Below are positions 40,434-49,874 of a DNA stretch of 64,000 bases, in pieces (within the stretch, counting starts at the first letter, position 1; each line of letters opens with the position of its first letter). Under the pieces are notes generated by a model. That model was not told where the DNA came from. It saw only the letters and a program-made list of their open reading frames with translations, and searched no databases. The position numbers and the translations under genes were made by a program. The stretch is from assembly GCA_020024645.1 (NCBI GenBank), contig JAHHTN010000002.1:1008-65007 (forward strand), in the 5' to 3' direction. This DNA is from Faecalimonas sp. Lineage in GTDB: Bacteria; Bacillota; Clostridia; Lachnospirales; Lachnospiraceae.

Positions 40434-40456
40434 TGAAGGCGAAAGGAAGGTGCGAC

Positions 40457-40894
40457 ATGGATTCAAATTACTATGTCATTAAGAAAAAAGCAGTTCCTGA
40501 GGTACTTCTTAAAGTTGTGGAGGTAAAAAGATTACTTGCAGCTGAGCGATTTATGACAATACAGGAAGCGACAGAAAAGATAGGGCTTAGCCGAAGTTCT
40601 TTTTATAAATATAAAGATGATATTTTTCCTTTTCATGAGAATGAAAAGGGCCAGACGATTACTTTAGCAATTCAAATGGATGATATACCGGGGCTTCTTG
40701 CCGAAATCTTGCAGGAGATTGCGGAGTATAAAGCAAATATTCTTACTATCCATCAGAGCATCCCGTTGAACAGGGTAGCCACACTGACAATCAGTGTGGA
40801 AATTCTGTCTACAACGGGAAATATTGCTGATATGGTAAATGAAATAGAAAATAATGAAGGTGTACATTATTTGAAGATTGTAGGCAGGGAGTGA
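40457..40894 (+). CDS. thrR: HTH-ACT regulator (ThrR/PheB-like)
   Basis: AVPEVLLKV, GLSRSSFYKYKD HTH, ACT domain ANILTIHQSIP; directly upstream of hom. Confidence 0.75.
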   Translation: MDSNYYVIKKKAVPEVLLKVVEVKRLLAAERFMTIQEATEKIGLSRSSFYKYKDDIFPFHENEKGQTITLAIQMDDIPGLLAEILQEIAEYKANILTIHQSIPLNRVATLTISVEILSTTGNIADMVNEIENNEGVHYLKIVGRE

Positions 40895-40899
40895 TACAG

Positions 40900-42117
40900 A
40901 TGATAAAAGTAGCAGTATTAGGGTACGGAACAGTTGGTTCAGGTGTTGTGGAAGTATTGGAAAAAAACAGAGAACTCATTGCAGAGCGTGCTGGACATAC
41001 AATTGAAGTAAAGTATGTTTTGGATAAAAAAGATTTTTCCGGTAAACCAATAGAAAATAAAATTACTAATGATTTTGAGCGAATTGTTCAAGATAAAGAA
41101 ATTGACGTGGTTGTGGAAGTGCTTGGTGGAATTGAACCTTCATACACATTTGTAAAACGTTCATTAGAGGCGAAAAAAAATGTAGTTACTTCTAATAAAG
41201 AATTAGTGGCACAATGTGGGGCGGAACTTCTTGCAATTGCTGAAGAAAACAAAGTAAACTTTTTATATGAAGCGAGTGTTGGTGGTGGAATTCCGATTAT
41301 TCGCTCCCTTCATCAAGCGCTGACTGGAGATAAAATTGAAAAAATCACAGGTATTTTAAATGGAACAACAAACTATATGATGACCAAAATGTTTAATGAA
41401 GGTGCGGAATATGAAGAAGTGTTAAAAGAGGCTCAACAAAAAGGCTATGCAGAAAGAAATCCAGAAGCAGATGTGGAAGGATATGATGCATGTAGAAAGA
41501 TTGCTATTTTATCTTCTGTCATATCTGGACAATCTGTAGATTATAAAGAAATTTATACAGAGGGAATCACAAAAATTACAGCTATAGATATGAAATATGC
41601 CCGAAAATTAAAGAAAACAATTAAACTTCTTGCTTCGGCAAAGAGAGATGGAAATAAAATAAGTGCAATGGTTTCGCCATGTTTATTAGGTGGTGAACAT
41701 CCTCTTTATCATGTAGACGGAGTATTTAATGCTGTGTTTGTAAGAGGAAATATGCTGGGAGATGCCATGTTCTACGGTAGTGGCGCAGGAAAACTTCCTA
41801 CAGCTAGTGCGGTTGTTGGAGATATAGTAGATGCGGTCAAAAATAAAGGAAGAATTGTAATGCCAGTCTGGGCAGAAGAAAAAGTTTTATTGATAGATAA
41901 GGCAAACACAGAAAAAAAATTCTTTGTTAGACTAAAAGGAACAATGGAAGAATACGCAAGTAAGATAGAGGAAGTATTCGGAGAAACAAAAAAAGTGCTT
42001 TTGGAAGATGTCCCAGGCGAATTTGGGTTTATGACAGAGGAAATGAAAGAAAGTGTTTATGAGGAGAAAGCGTCACACTTTTCCAATATTCTGCATATGA
42101 TGCGTGTGGAAGAATAA
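40900..42117 (+). CDS. hom: Homoserine dehydrogenase
   Basis: LGYGTVGSG, VVTSNK, YEASVGGGIP, ILNGTTNY, GYAERNPEADVEG, GAGKLPTASAV. Confidence 0.96.
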   Translation: MIKVAVLGYGTVGSGVVEVLEKNRELIAERAGHTIEVKYVLDKKDFSGKPIENKITNDFERIVQDKEIDVVVEVLGGIEPSYTFVKRSLEAKKNVVTSNKELVAQCGAELLAIAEENKVNFLYEASVGGGIPIIRSLHQALTGDKIEKITGILNGTTNYMMTKMFNEGAEYEEVLKEAQQKGYAERNPEADVEGYDACRKIAILSSVISGQSVDYKEIYTEGITKITAIDMKYARKLKKTIKLLASAKRDGNKISAMVSPCLLGGEHPLYHVDGVFNAVFVRGNMLGDAMFYGSGAGKLPTASAVVGDIVDAVKNKGRIVMPVWAEEKVLLIDKANTEKKFFVRLKGTMEEYASKIEEVFGETKKVLLEDVPGEFGFMTEEMKESVYEEKASHFSNILHMMRVEE

Positions 42118-42159
42118 AATGACTGTAATGAGAGATAACCATCAGGGCAGGAGGAATTT

Positions 42160-43371
42160 ATGTTAATTGTAAAAAAATTTGGGGGAAGTTCCGTAGCAAA
42201 TAAAGAAAGAATTTTTAATGTTGCGAAACGTTGTATAGAAGATTGGCAAAAGGGAAATGACGTTGTCGTGGTACTTTCAGCAATGGGAGATACTACAGAT
42301 GAATTACTTGCGAAAGCAACAGATATCAATCCGAGAGCAACTAAGAGAGAAATGGATATGCTATTAACAACAGGAGAACAAGTTTCTGTGTCTCTTATGG
42401 CAATGGCAATGCAGTCGATGGGGGTTCCGGCGATTTCGTTAAATGCATTTCAAATTTCCATGCAGTCTACTTCAAAATACGGAAATGCAAGATTTAAGCG
42501 GATTGACACAGAACGTATTACACATGAATTGGAAAACAGAAAAATTGTTATTGTAACTGGTTTTCAAGGAATAAATAAATACGAAGATTATACAACTCTT
42601 GGAAGAGGTGGTTCAGATACAACAGCGGTTGCTTTAGCAGCAGTACTTCACGCAGATGTATGTGAGATTTTTACAGATGTAGATGGAGTCTATACTGCAG
42701 ATCCAAGAGTTGTTAAAAATGCAAAAAAATTAGAAGTAGTCACCTATGATGAAATGTTGGAACTTGCTACTTTAGGAGCACGGGTTCTTCATAATCGTTC
42801 TGTAGAAATGGCGAAAAAATATGGCGTGACACTGATTGTACGTTCAAGTTTAAATAACGAAGAAGGAACGATAGTGAAGGAGGCAGTGAAAAAAATGGAA
42901 AAAATGCTAATCACAGGTGTAGCGGGAGATAAAAATGCGGCAAGAATATCTGCAATCGGAGTGAAAGATGAGCCAGGAATTGCGTTTAGTTTATTTCATA
43001 CGCTTGCAAGAAATAATATCAACGTAGAAATTATTTTGCAATCAGTTGGAAGAGATGGAAGAAAAGATATTTCTTTTACTGTATCGCAAGATGATTTACA
43101 AACAACAATTGAATTGTTGGAAGATAAAAAAGAAGTTCTTACTATTCAGGAAGTTGAGTATGATGAGAATGTAGCAAAAATTTCTATTGTAGGTGCGGGA
43201 ATGATGAGTAATCCAGGTGTGGCGTCTAGAATGTTTGAAGCACTTTACAATTCGAGAGTCAATATTAAAATGATTTCCACATCAGAAATTCGAATCACGG
43301 TGTTGATTGATGAAAAGGATGTAGATAGAGCATTAAATGCTGTTCATGAAGAGTTTAAACTTGGAGAATAA
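42160..43371 (+). CDS. lysC: Aspartate kinase
   Basis: VKKFGGSSV, SAMGDTTD, TLGRGGSDTTA, TDVDGVYTADP, two ACT domains ending STSEI. Confidence 0.95.
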   Translation: MLIVKKFGGSSVANKERIFNVAKRCIEDWQKGNDVVVVLSAMGDTTDELLAKATDINPRATKREMDMLLTTGEQVSVSLMAMAMQSMGVPAISLNAFQISMQSTSKYGNARFKRIDTERITHELENRKIVIVTGFQGINKYEDYTTLGRGGSDTTAVALAAVLHADVCEIFTDVDGVYTADPRVVKNAKKLEVVTYDEMLELATLGARVLHNRSVEMAKKYGVTLIVRSSLNNEEGTIVKEAVKKMEKMLITGVAGDKNAARISAIGVKDEPGIAFSLFHTLARNNINVEIILQSVGRDGRKDISFTVSQDDLQTTIELLEDKKEVLTIQEVEYDENVAKISIVGAGMMSNPGVASRMFEALYNSRVNIKMISTSEIRITVLIDEKDVDRALNAVHEEFKLGE

Positions 43372-43439
43372 AAAAGTGTACCGACCCCCCCAAAAAAAAG
43401 TTAGACCTAAAATCTAACGATTGGGAGGTCGGTATTTTT

Positions 43440-44033
43440 ATGGCTAAATATAGCTTTGCTTTTAAGAGAAAAGTCGTGCAGGAATATTTAAATGGAGAGG
43501 GTGGTTATGAGTATCTTGCTGAAAAATTTAATATTCCATCTAGTACACGTATTAAAGAATGGGTAAAGACTTTTAGAAATTTTGGTGATGAAGGATTATT
43601 GCGCTCACGTCAAAATAAAAAATATACTTTTGAAAAGAAACTTCATGTGGTAGAGTTATACTTATCAACAGAAGTCTCCTATCAGGAATTAGCTATTAGG
43701 GAAGGAATAACAACTCCAGCAATGATTGCTAACTGGGTTCAACGTTTTCGTATAGCTGGTCCGGATAGTCTGAGGCCTCGTAAGAAAGGTCGTAAGAAAA
43801 CTTTGGATAAATCTAAGAAAAATATAACATCTCAACACAAAGATGAAGCTGTAGTAGATAAAACATCAATAGATACAAGTGCAGAATACGTAAAGGAATT
43901 AGAAGATGAGCTTCTTAAATTAAGAATAGAGAACGCATTTTTAAAAGAATTAAGGAGGCTGCGTTTAGAGGACGAAGCCAAAATGAGAGAACGACAAAAA
44001 TCATCAGCAGCCTCCGAGGACAGTTTAAATTAA
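43440..44033 (+). CDS. IS3 transposase OrfA (two HTH repeats)
   Basis: KYSFAFKRKVVQEYL and KYTFEKKLHVVELYL repeats; C-terminal LRIENAFLKEL leucine zipper. Confidence 0.88.
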   Translation: MAKYSFAFKRKVVQEYLNGEGGYEYLAEKFNIPSSTRIKEWVKTFRNFGDEGLLRSRQNKKYTFEKKLHVVELYLSTEVSYQELAIREGITTPAMIANWVQRFRIAGPDSLRPRKKGRKKTLDKSKKNITSQHKDEAVVDKTSIDTSAEYVKELEDELLKLRIENAFLKELRRLRLEDEAKMRERQKSSAASEDSLN

Positions 44034-44620
44034 AAGATCTTCTCTCATACACTGGCATGCCTAAAGCAACTTATATGTACTGGCAAAAACGATTGGATCG
44101 TGAAAATCCTGATAAAGAGCTTGAAGAAAAAATACTTGAAATCAGAAAAGATAATAAAGATTACGGATATCGTCGTATGCAAGCAGAACTTCGTAACCAG
44201 GGTCATATCGTTAATAAAAAGAAAGTTCAAAGAATTATGCAAAAACTAGGGCTTCAGGTTACATCATTTACACGTAAAAGCAGAAAATACAGTTCATACA
44301 AAGGAAAAATTGGTACGGTTGCACCCAACAGAATCCGAAGGTGCTTTCATACTCATATACCCCACCAGAAAATCACAACAGATACTACAGAGTTTAAATA
44401 CTATGAAGTAGATTTGAAAGGGCATATGTCCATGCAGAAACTCTATCTTGATCCATTTATGGATATGTGTAATGGAGAAATAATAAGCTTTGCTATTTCT
44501 AAAAGACCTACTGCTCAAAACATAATGCTTGCTTTAAAGCAAACAAATGAGAAGAGAATTAAAAAGAAACTGGGATGGATGAGTCCGGTACAATATAGAC
44601 TCAACCTTCTGGCTACATAA
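43940..44620 (+). pseudogene. IS3 transposase OrfB with in-frame deletion of the catalytic core
   Basis: HTH YGYRRM and first Asp (ITTDTTEF) are present. The sequence jumps from ...NIMLALKQ to TNEKRIKKKLGWMSPVQY, lacking HSDQG and the DN..E segment. The -1 frame is open from candidate slip site T TTA AAA (43940-43946). Confidence 0.8.
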
Positions 44621-44683
44621 AAATAGCAAGACAGCTATCAAGCTACCTTGCTAATAAAGTCTAACTTTTAGGGGGCACCTCAT

Positions 44684-45139
44684 CTAGCGAAGCGGGCCTT
44701 TTTGACTTAGTGAACTATTCTGATATTCACAAGAAAATGTTACATCCTTGCCAAACCAATCTGGAGGAATAAATGTATTGGCAGAATCTTCATCAGGAAA
44801 TTCTACTTCTACTAAAATAAGAGGGGAGAAATCTCCTAAAAAATAGTCGAGTTCTATTGTGAGATGATTGTCATAAGGTATGTTATATCTTTCTTTTGTG
44901 ATCAGATATCCATCAATTTTAGATTTTAGATGTTCGTAGGCCGAAAGTGTAAGAGGGAGTGTGTGTTCTTCTCGAATCATTAACCCTTTTGATTTGTAAG
45001 TCAATTCGTATTTTTCCCCATCTTTTCGTATGCGAATAACTGGTTCTGTGGAAAGATACCCTTGTTCAATTATCCGGTGTGGATAAGAAGAAAGATTCTT
45101 TGGAAGATGTTTGATTAAATATTTTCTTTCGATTTCCAT
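44684..45139 (-). CDS. CYTH domain protein
   Basis: MEIERKYL (ExExK), IEQGYL, IRIRK, REE, ELDYF, VEVEF. Confidence 0.9.
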   Translation of the reverse strand: MEIERKYLIKHLPKNLSSYPHRIIEQGYLSTEPVIRIRKDGEKYELTYKSKGLMIREEHTLPLTLSAYEHLKSKIDGYLITKERYNIPYDNHLTIELDYFLGDFSPLILVEVEFPDEDSANTFIPPDWFGKDVTFSCEYQNSSLSQKGPLR

Positions 45140-45279
45140 ATGTTTTCGCCTTTCTTTGTGTATGAAAAATAACTCTTTTGACAAATATCATAATATAGAG
45201 CAGAACAAATGTAAATATTTGCTTTTTTTGCGGTTGTCTGCTAAAATGCAAGGGAATCTGTAAAAAGGAGGGAAAAGAT

Positions 45280-45831
45280 ATGGAGAAAAAAGTATGTGTG
45301 TTTCTTGCCGATGGATTTGAAGAAGTGGAAGGATTGACTGTGGTAGACATATTAAGAAGAGCTGACATTAAAGTTGAAACAGTATCTGTTACAGGTGATA
45401 GAGAAATACATGGAGCACATGAGATAAACGTACAGGCGGATACGTTATTTGAAGAGGCAAACTTTGAAAATGCGGAAATGCTTATACTTCCGGGGGGAAT
45501 GCCTGGAACACTTCATTTACAGGAGCATAAAGGTCTAGAAGCATTGTTGAGAAAATTTTATGGAAATAAAAAATATGTGGCCGCAATCTGTGCTGCCCCG
45601 ACTATTTTCGGAAAATTAGGATTTTTGGAGGGAAGAAAGGCTACCTGCTATCCAGAGATGGAGGAAGGTTTAAGTGGTGCGAATGTAATAAAAGATATGG
45701 TTGCTGTAGACGGGCATGTTATTACGAGCAGAGGAATGGGGACAGCAATTCCATTTGCACTTTGCCTTATAGAATTGCTCATAGGAAAAGAAAAATCAGA
45801 AGAAATCAGAGCATCTATTATTTATGAATAA
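45280..45831 (+). CDS. DJ-1/ThiJ/YajL family glyoxalase-like protein
   Basis: ADGFEEVE, LPGGMPG, AAICAAP (catalytic Cys), ITSRGMG. Confidence 0.93.
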   Translation: MEKKVCVFLADGFEEVEGLTVVDILRRADIKVETVSVTGDREIHGAHEINVQADTLFEEANFENAEMLILPGGMPGTLHLQEHKGLEALLRKFYGNKKYVAAICAAPTIFGKLGFLEGRKATCYPEMEEGLSGANVIKDMVAVDGHVITSRGMGTAIPFALCLIELLIGKEKSEEIRASIIYE

Positions 45832-45841
45832 GGAGAAAAGC

Positions 45842-46507
45842 ATGAAACGATTAAAACAAGGAGTAATTCTTCTCTTATGCTGTAGTCTTATGTTTGCTAT
45901 GACAGCTTGTGGAAAATTTGATGCAAAAGGTTATGTACAAGCATTATTAGATCACAGATTTCAAGGGGATACAGAAAAGTTACTTAAGTTTGACAAAGAT
46001 ATTGAAAAGAAAAAATTAAAAGACGATTATGAACAGTATATTCGTACATTTTCTCAAGGCTTAACAGAAGGATTGAATGCTAGCGAGGAAATGGAAGAAA
46101 AATTTTATGTAGTATGTAAAGAAATTTTCCGTTCTATGAAATACAATGTGGTCAAAGAGGAAAAAATCAGCAGTGATGAATATAAAGTAACTGTAGAAAT
46201 ACAACCAACAGAGGTATTGGTAAAATGGAAAGCTATGTTGAAAGAAAGTATGGCAGAAATTCAACGAAAATCAGAACGTGGAGAATATAAGGGAACGAAA
46301 GAAGAAATTCTTCAAGCGATGCTTTTGGATATTACGGCCCAGTCCTATGAATTATTAGAAACGGCGTATGAAGATACAACTTACGGAGAGAAAGAATCCG
46401 TTACACTTACAATTAAAAAAGGTGAAAATAAGGAATTTGCTCCAAAAGAGGAAGAAATATCTAGTTTAATCGCGAAAATACTACGTTTAGATGCAATTCA
46501 AGACTAG
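45842..46507 (+). CDS. Hypothetical lipoprotein
   Basis: MKRLK plus hydrophobic stretch and MTA-C lipobox; RBS AAGGAG. Confidence 0.75.
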   Translation: MKRLKQGVILLLCCSLMFAMTACGKFDAKGYVQALLDHRFQGDTEKLLKFDKDIEKKKLKDDYEQYIRTFSQGLTEGLNASEEMEEKFYVVCKEIFRSMKYNVVKEEKISSDEYKVTVEIQPTEVLVKWKAMLKESMAEIQRKSERGEYKGTKEEILQAMLLDITAQSYELLETAYEDTTYGEKESVTLTIKKGENKEFAPKEEEISSLIAKILRLDAIQD

Positions 46508-46595
46508 AAATTTATAAGAGATTATGATATACTACGCTAATGAGTGTGAAAGAAGAAAGCCACAAGGCGTTTTTCATATAAGGAGGAAAAGGTAA

Positions 46596-47882
46596 ATGAG
46601 TTTACAAGTAGAAAAATTAGAGCACAATATGGCAAAACTTACAGTAGAAGTTTCAGCAGAAGAATTTGAAAAAGCACTTAATGGTGCATATATGAAACAA
46701 AAAGGAAAAATCAGCGTTCCAGGATTTCGTAAAGGAAAAGTACCTCGTCAAATGGTAGAAAAAATGTATGGCGTAGAAATCTTTTATGATGATGCGGCAA
46801 ATGCAATTATTCCAGGAGCATATGCAAAAGCATATGATGAAGCTGATTTAGAAATCGTTTCTCAGCCAAAAATCGAAGTAGTACAGATTGAAAAAGGAAA
46901 AGCATTTATCTTCACAGCAGAAGTTGCTTTAAAACCAGAAGTAACTTTAGGCGAATACAAAGGATTGAAAGTTGACAAATATTCTAACAGAGTAACTCAG
47001 AAAGAAGTAGAAGAAAGACTTGTAAAAGAACAGGAAAAGAATGCTAGAACAATTACTGTAGAAGGACGCCCTGTACAAGACAAAGATGAAGTTGTATTAG
47101 ATTTTGAAGGATTTGTTGACGGCGTTGCATTCGAAGGTGGAAAGGGAGAAAATTATCCATTAACAATTGGTTCTGGAGCATTTATTCCTGGATTTGAAGA
47201 ACAGTTAATTGGTGCTGAAGCAGGAAAAGAAGTAGAAGTAAACGTGACATTCCCACAGGAATATCACGCACCTGAATTAGCAGGAAAAGCAGCAACATTC
47301 AAATGCACAGTACATGAAATCAAAGCAAAAGAACTTCCAGAATTAGATGATGAGTTTGCAGCAGAAGTTTCTGAATTTGATACATTAGATGAATTAAAAG
47401 CAGATATTAAAGCAAAAATTAAAGAACAGAAAAATGCTGACGGAATGAGACAGAAAGAAGATCAGGCTATGGAACAAGTTGTAGAAAATGCAACTATGGA
47501 TATCCCAGAAGCAATGATTGAAACACAGGTACGTCAGATGGCTGATGATTTCGCACAGAGAATGCAGCAACAAGGATTAAACATGGAACAGTACTTCCAG
47601 TTTACAGGAATGACAGCTGAAAAAATGTTCGAAGAATTAAGACCACAGGCTGTAAAACGTATTCAGACAAGATTAGTGTTAGAAGCAATCGTTAAAGCAG
47701 AAAATATTGAAATTACAGATGAAAAAATTGATGAAGAATTAGCAAAAATGGCTGAAGCATACAAGATGGAAGTAGAAAAATTAAAAGAATTCATGGGTGA
47801 AAATGAAAAAACTCAGATGAAAATGGATCTTGCAGTGCAGGAAGCAGTAACTTTAGTAGTGGACAACACAGTAGAAAAATAA
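46596..47882 (+). CDS. tig: Trigger factor
   Basis: PGFRKGKVP ribosome-binding loop; FKBP domain with FIPGFEEQL. Confidence 0.97.
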   Translation: MSLQVEKLEHNMAKLTVEVSAEEFEKALNGAYMKQKGKISVPGFRKGKVPRQMVEKMYGVEIFYDDAANAIIPGAYAKAYDEADLEIVSQPKIEVVQIEKGKAFIFTAEVALKPEVTLGEYKGLKVDKYSNRVTQKEVEERLVKEQEKNARTITVEGRPVQDKDEVVLDFEGFVDGVAFEGGKGENYPLTIGSGAFIPGFEEQLIGAEAGKEVEVNVTFPQEYHAPELAGKAATFKCTVHEIKAKELPELDDEFAAEVSEFDTLDELKADIKAKIKEQKNADGMRQKEDQAMEQVVENATMDIPEAMIETQVRQMADDFAQRMQQQGLNMEQYFQFTGMTAEKMFEELRPQAVKRIQTRLVLEAIVKAENIEITDEKIDEELAKMAEAYKMEVEKLKEFMGENEKTQMKMDLAVQEAVTLVVDNTVEK

Positions 47883-47910
47883 TTAATAGTATTTTAAATA
47901 AGGAGGCAGC

Positions 47911-48495
47911 ATGATGAGTTTAGTACCTTATGTTATTGAACAGACAAGTCGCGGTGAACGTTCTTATGATATTTATTCAAGACTTCTAAAAGATAGAATT
48001 ATCTTTCTTGGAGAAGAAGTAACAGATGTATCGGCAAGTATTATTGTGGCACAGTTATTGCATCTTGAAGCGGAAGACCCTGAAAAAGATATTCAGTTAT
48101 ATATCAATAGTCCGGGTGGTTCGGTAAGTGCAGGGCTGGCAATCTATGATACAATGCAGTACATTAAATGTGATGTATCTACAACCTGTATCGGAATGGC
48201 TGCGAGCATGGGTGCATTTTTGTTGGCAGGAGGAGCAAAAGGAAAACGTTTCGCACTTCCAAATGCTGAGATTATGATTCACCAACCATTAGGTGGAGCA
48301 CAGGGGCAAGCAACGGAAATTCAAATCGCTGCAGAACATATTTTAAAAACACGTCAGAAATTAAATGAAATTTTGGCTGAAAGAACAGGAAAAAGTTTTG
48401 AACAAATTTCTGCGGATACAGAAAGAGATAATTTTATGTCTGCTAAAGAAGCAGAAGAATATGGCTTAATTGATAAAGTGGTTGTAAGCCGTTAA
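47911..48495 (+). CDS. clpP: ATP-dependent Clp protease proteolytic subunit
   Basis: [34 protein letters not shown]. Confidence 0.98.
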   Translation: MMSLVPYVIEQTSRGERSYDIYSRLLKDRIIFLGEEVTDVSASIIVAQLLHLEAEDPEKDIQLYINSPGGSVSAGLAIYDTMQYIKCDVSTTCIGMAASMGAFLLAGGAKGKRFALPNAEIMIHQPLGGAQGQATEIQIAAEHILKTRQKLNEILAERTGKSFEQISADTERDNFMSAKEAEEYGLIDKVVVSR

Positions 48496-48501
48496 TAAGA
48501 A

Positions 48502-48532
48502 CAAAGGGGGTGTCTAAAAGACATCTCCTTTG
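48502..48532 (+). terminator. Hairpin between clpP and clpX
   Basis: CAAAGGGGGTGTCT-AAA-AGACATCTCCTTTG; short T tail, probably partial termination. Confidence 0.55.
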
Positions 48533-48556
48533 CGTGTGTAAAAAAGAGGTGAAAGT

Positions 48557-49804
48557 ATGGCAAAAGTGGACGAAGCAATCAGATGTTCATTTTGTAACAA
48601 ATCACAGGCGCAGGTACGCAAATTAATTGCTGGACCAAACGGTGTCTTTATTTGTGACGAATGTATTGACGTTTGTTCAGAGATTATAGAAGAAGAATTG
48701 GAATATGAAGAAGATAATGAATTTAGTGAAATTAATCTGATAAAACCAGAAGAAATGAAAGCATTTCTTGATGATTATGTAATTGGTCAAGATGAGGCAA
48801 AAAAAGTTTTGTCAGTAGCTGTATACAATCATTATAAAAGAATTATGGCGGAAAAAGATTTGGGCGTGGAATTGCACAAAAGTAATATTTTGATGTTAGG
48901 TCCTACTGGATGTGGAAAGACACTTCTTGCTCAAACTCTGGCAAAAGTTCTAAACGTACCGTTTGCAATTGCAGATGCTACTGCATTGACGGAAGCGGGA
49001 TATGTTGGAGAAGATGTGGAGAATATTTTATTGAAAATTATTCAGGCTGCAGATGGAGACATAAGCAGAGCAGAATATGGAATTATATATCTTGATGAAA
49101 TCGATAAAATCACAAGAAAATCAGAGAATCCGTCTATTACTCGTGATGTATCTGGAGAAGGAGTGCAACAAGCACTTTTAAAAATTATTGAAGGTACAGT
49201 TGCCTCTGTTCCGCCTCAAGGTGGAAGGAAACATCCACATCAGGAATTAATTCAGATTGATACAACTAATATTTTATTTATTTGTGGCGGGGCATTTGAA
49301 GGTATTGATAAAATTATTGAGACTCGTATTGATAAAAAGTCAATTGGATTTAATGCTGAAATTGCAGAGAAACATGAATATGATATCGACAAATTGCTTG
49401 GACAGGTATTGCCTCAGGATTTAGTGAAATTTGGTCTTATTCCTGAGCTTGTTGGACGAGTTCCGGTAACAGTTTCTTTGGAAATGTTAGATGAGGAAGC
49501 ATTAATTCGTATTTTGACAGAACCAAAGAGTGCCATTGTAAAGCAATACCAGAAATTATTGGAGTTAGATGGTGTTGAATTGGTGTTTGATCAAGATGCA
49601 CTTGTAGAAATCGCAAAAACTTCTTTAGCAAGAAAAACGGGAGCAAGAGGACTTCGTGCAATTATGGAAAAAATTATGATGGATACAATGTATCATGTTC
49701 CATCAGATGATAGTATTAAATTTTGTAGAATTACAAAGGAAGTTGTACAAGGAATTGGAAAGCCGGTTTATGAGACAGAGAATAAAGAAGTGGTCAGTGC
49801 GTAA
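48557..49804 (+). CDS. clpX: ATP-dependent Clp protease ATP-binding subunit ClpX
   Basis: CSFC zinc finger, [23 protein letters not shown] loop, TGARGLR. Confidence 0.98.
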   Translation: MAKVDEAIRCSFCNKSQAQVRKLIAGPNGVFICDECIDVCSEIIEEELEYEEDNEFSEINLIKPEEMKAFLDDYVIGQDEAKKVLSVAVYNHYKRIMAEKDLGVELHKSNILMLGPTGCGKTLLAQTLAKVLNVPFAIADATALTEAGYVGEDVENILLKIIQAADGDISRAEYGIIYLDEIDKITRKSENPSITRDVSGEGVQQALLKIIEGTVASVPPQGGRKHPHQELIQIDTTNILFICGGAFEGIDKIIETRIDKKSIGFNAEIAEKHEYDIDKLLGQVLPQDLVKFGLIPELVGRVPVTVSLEMLDEEALIRILTEPKSAIVKQYQKLLELDGVELVFDQDALVEIAKTSLARKTGARGLRAIMEKIMMDTMYHVPSDDSIKFCRITKEVVQGIGKPVYETENKEVVSA

Positions 49805-49819
49805 ACTTGAAAAGAGATT

Positions 49820-49857
49820 AAGACGGCGTTGATGGGTAACCAGAGACCCGTCTTTTT
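49820..49857 (+). terminator. Hairpin/terminator between clpX and lon
   Basis: AAGACGG ... CCGTCTT plus TTT, with an inner TGG-GTAA-CCA hairpin. Confidence 0.5.
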
Positions 49858-49874
49858 GAATAGAGGAAAAACAG

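Larger units (their letters stand above)
43377..44682 (+). mobile_element. IS3-family insertion sequence, internally deleted
   Basis: 5'-TG...CA-3' ends; imperfect IRs share CCCC(C/T)AAAAGTTAGAC; overlapping orfA/orfB in -1 phase; no target-site duplication visible. Confidence 0.9.
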
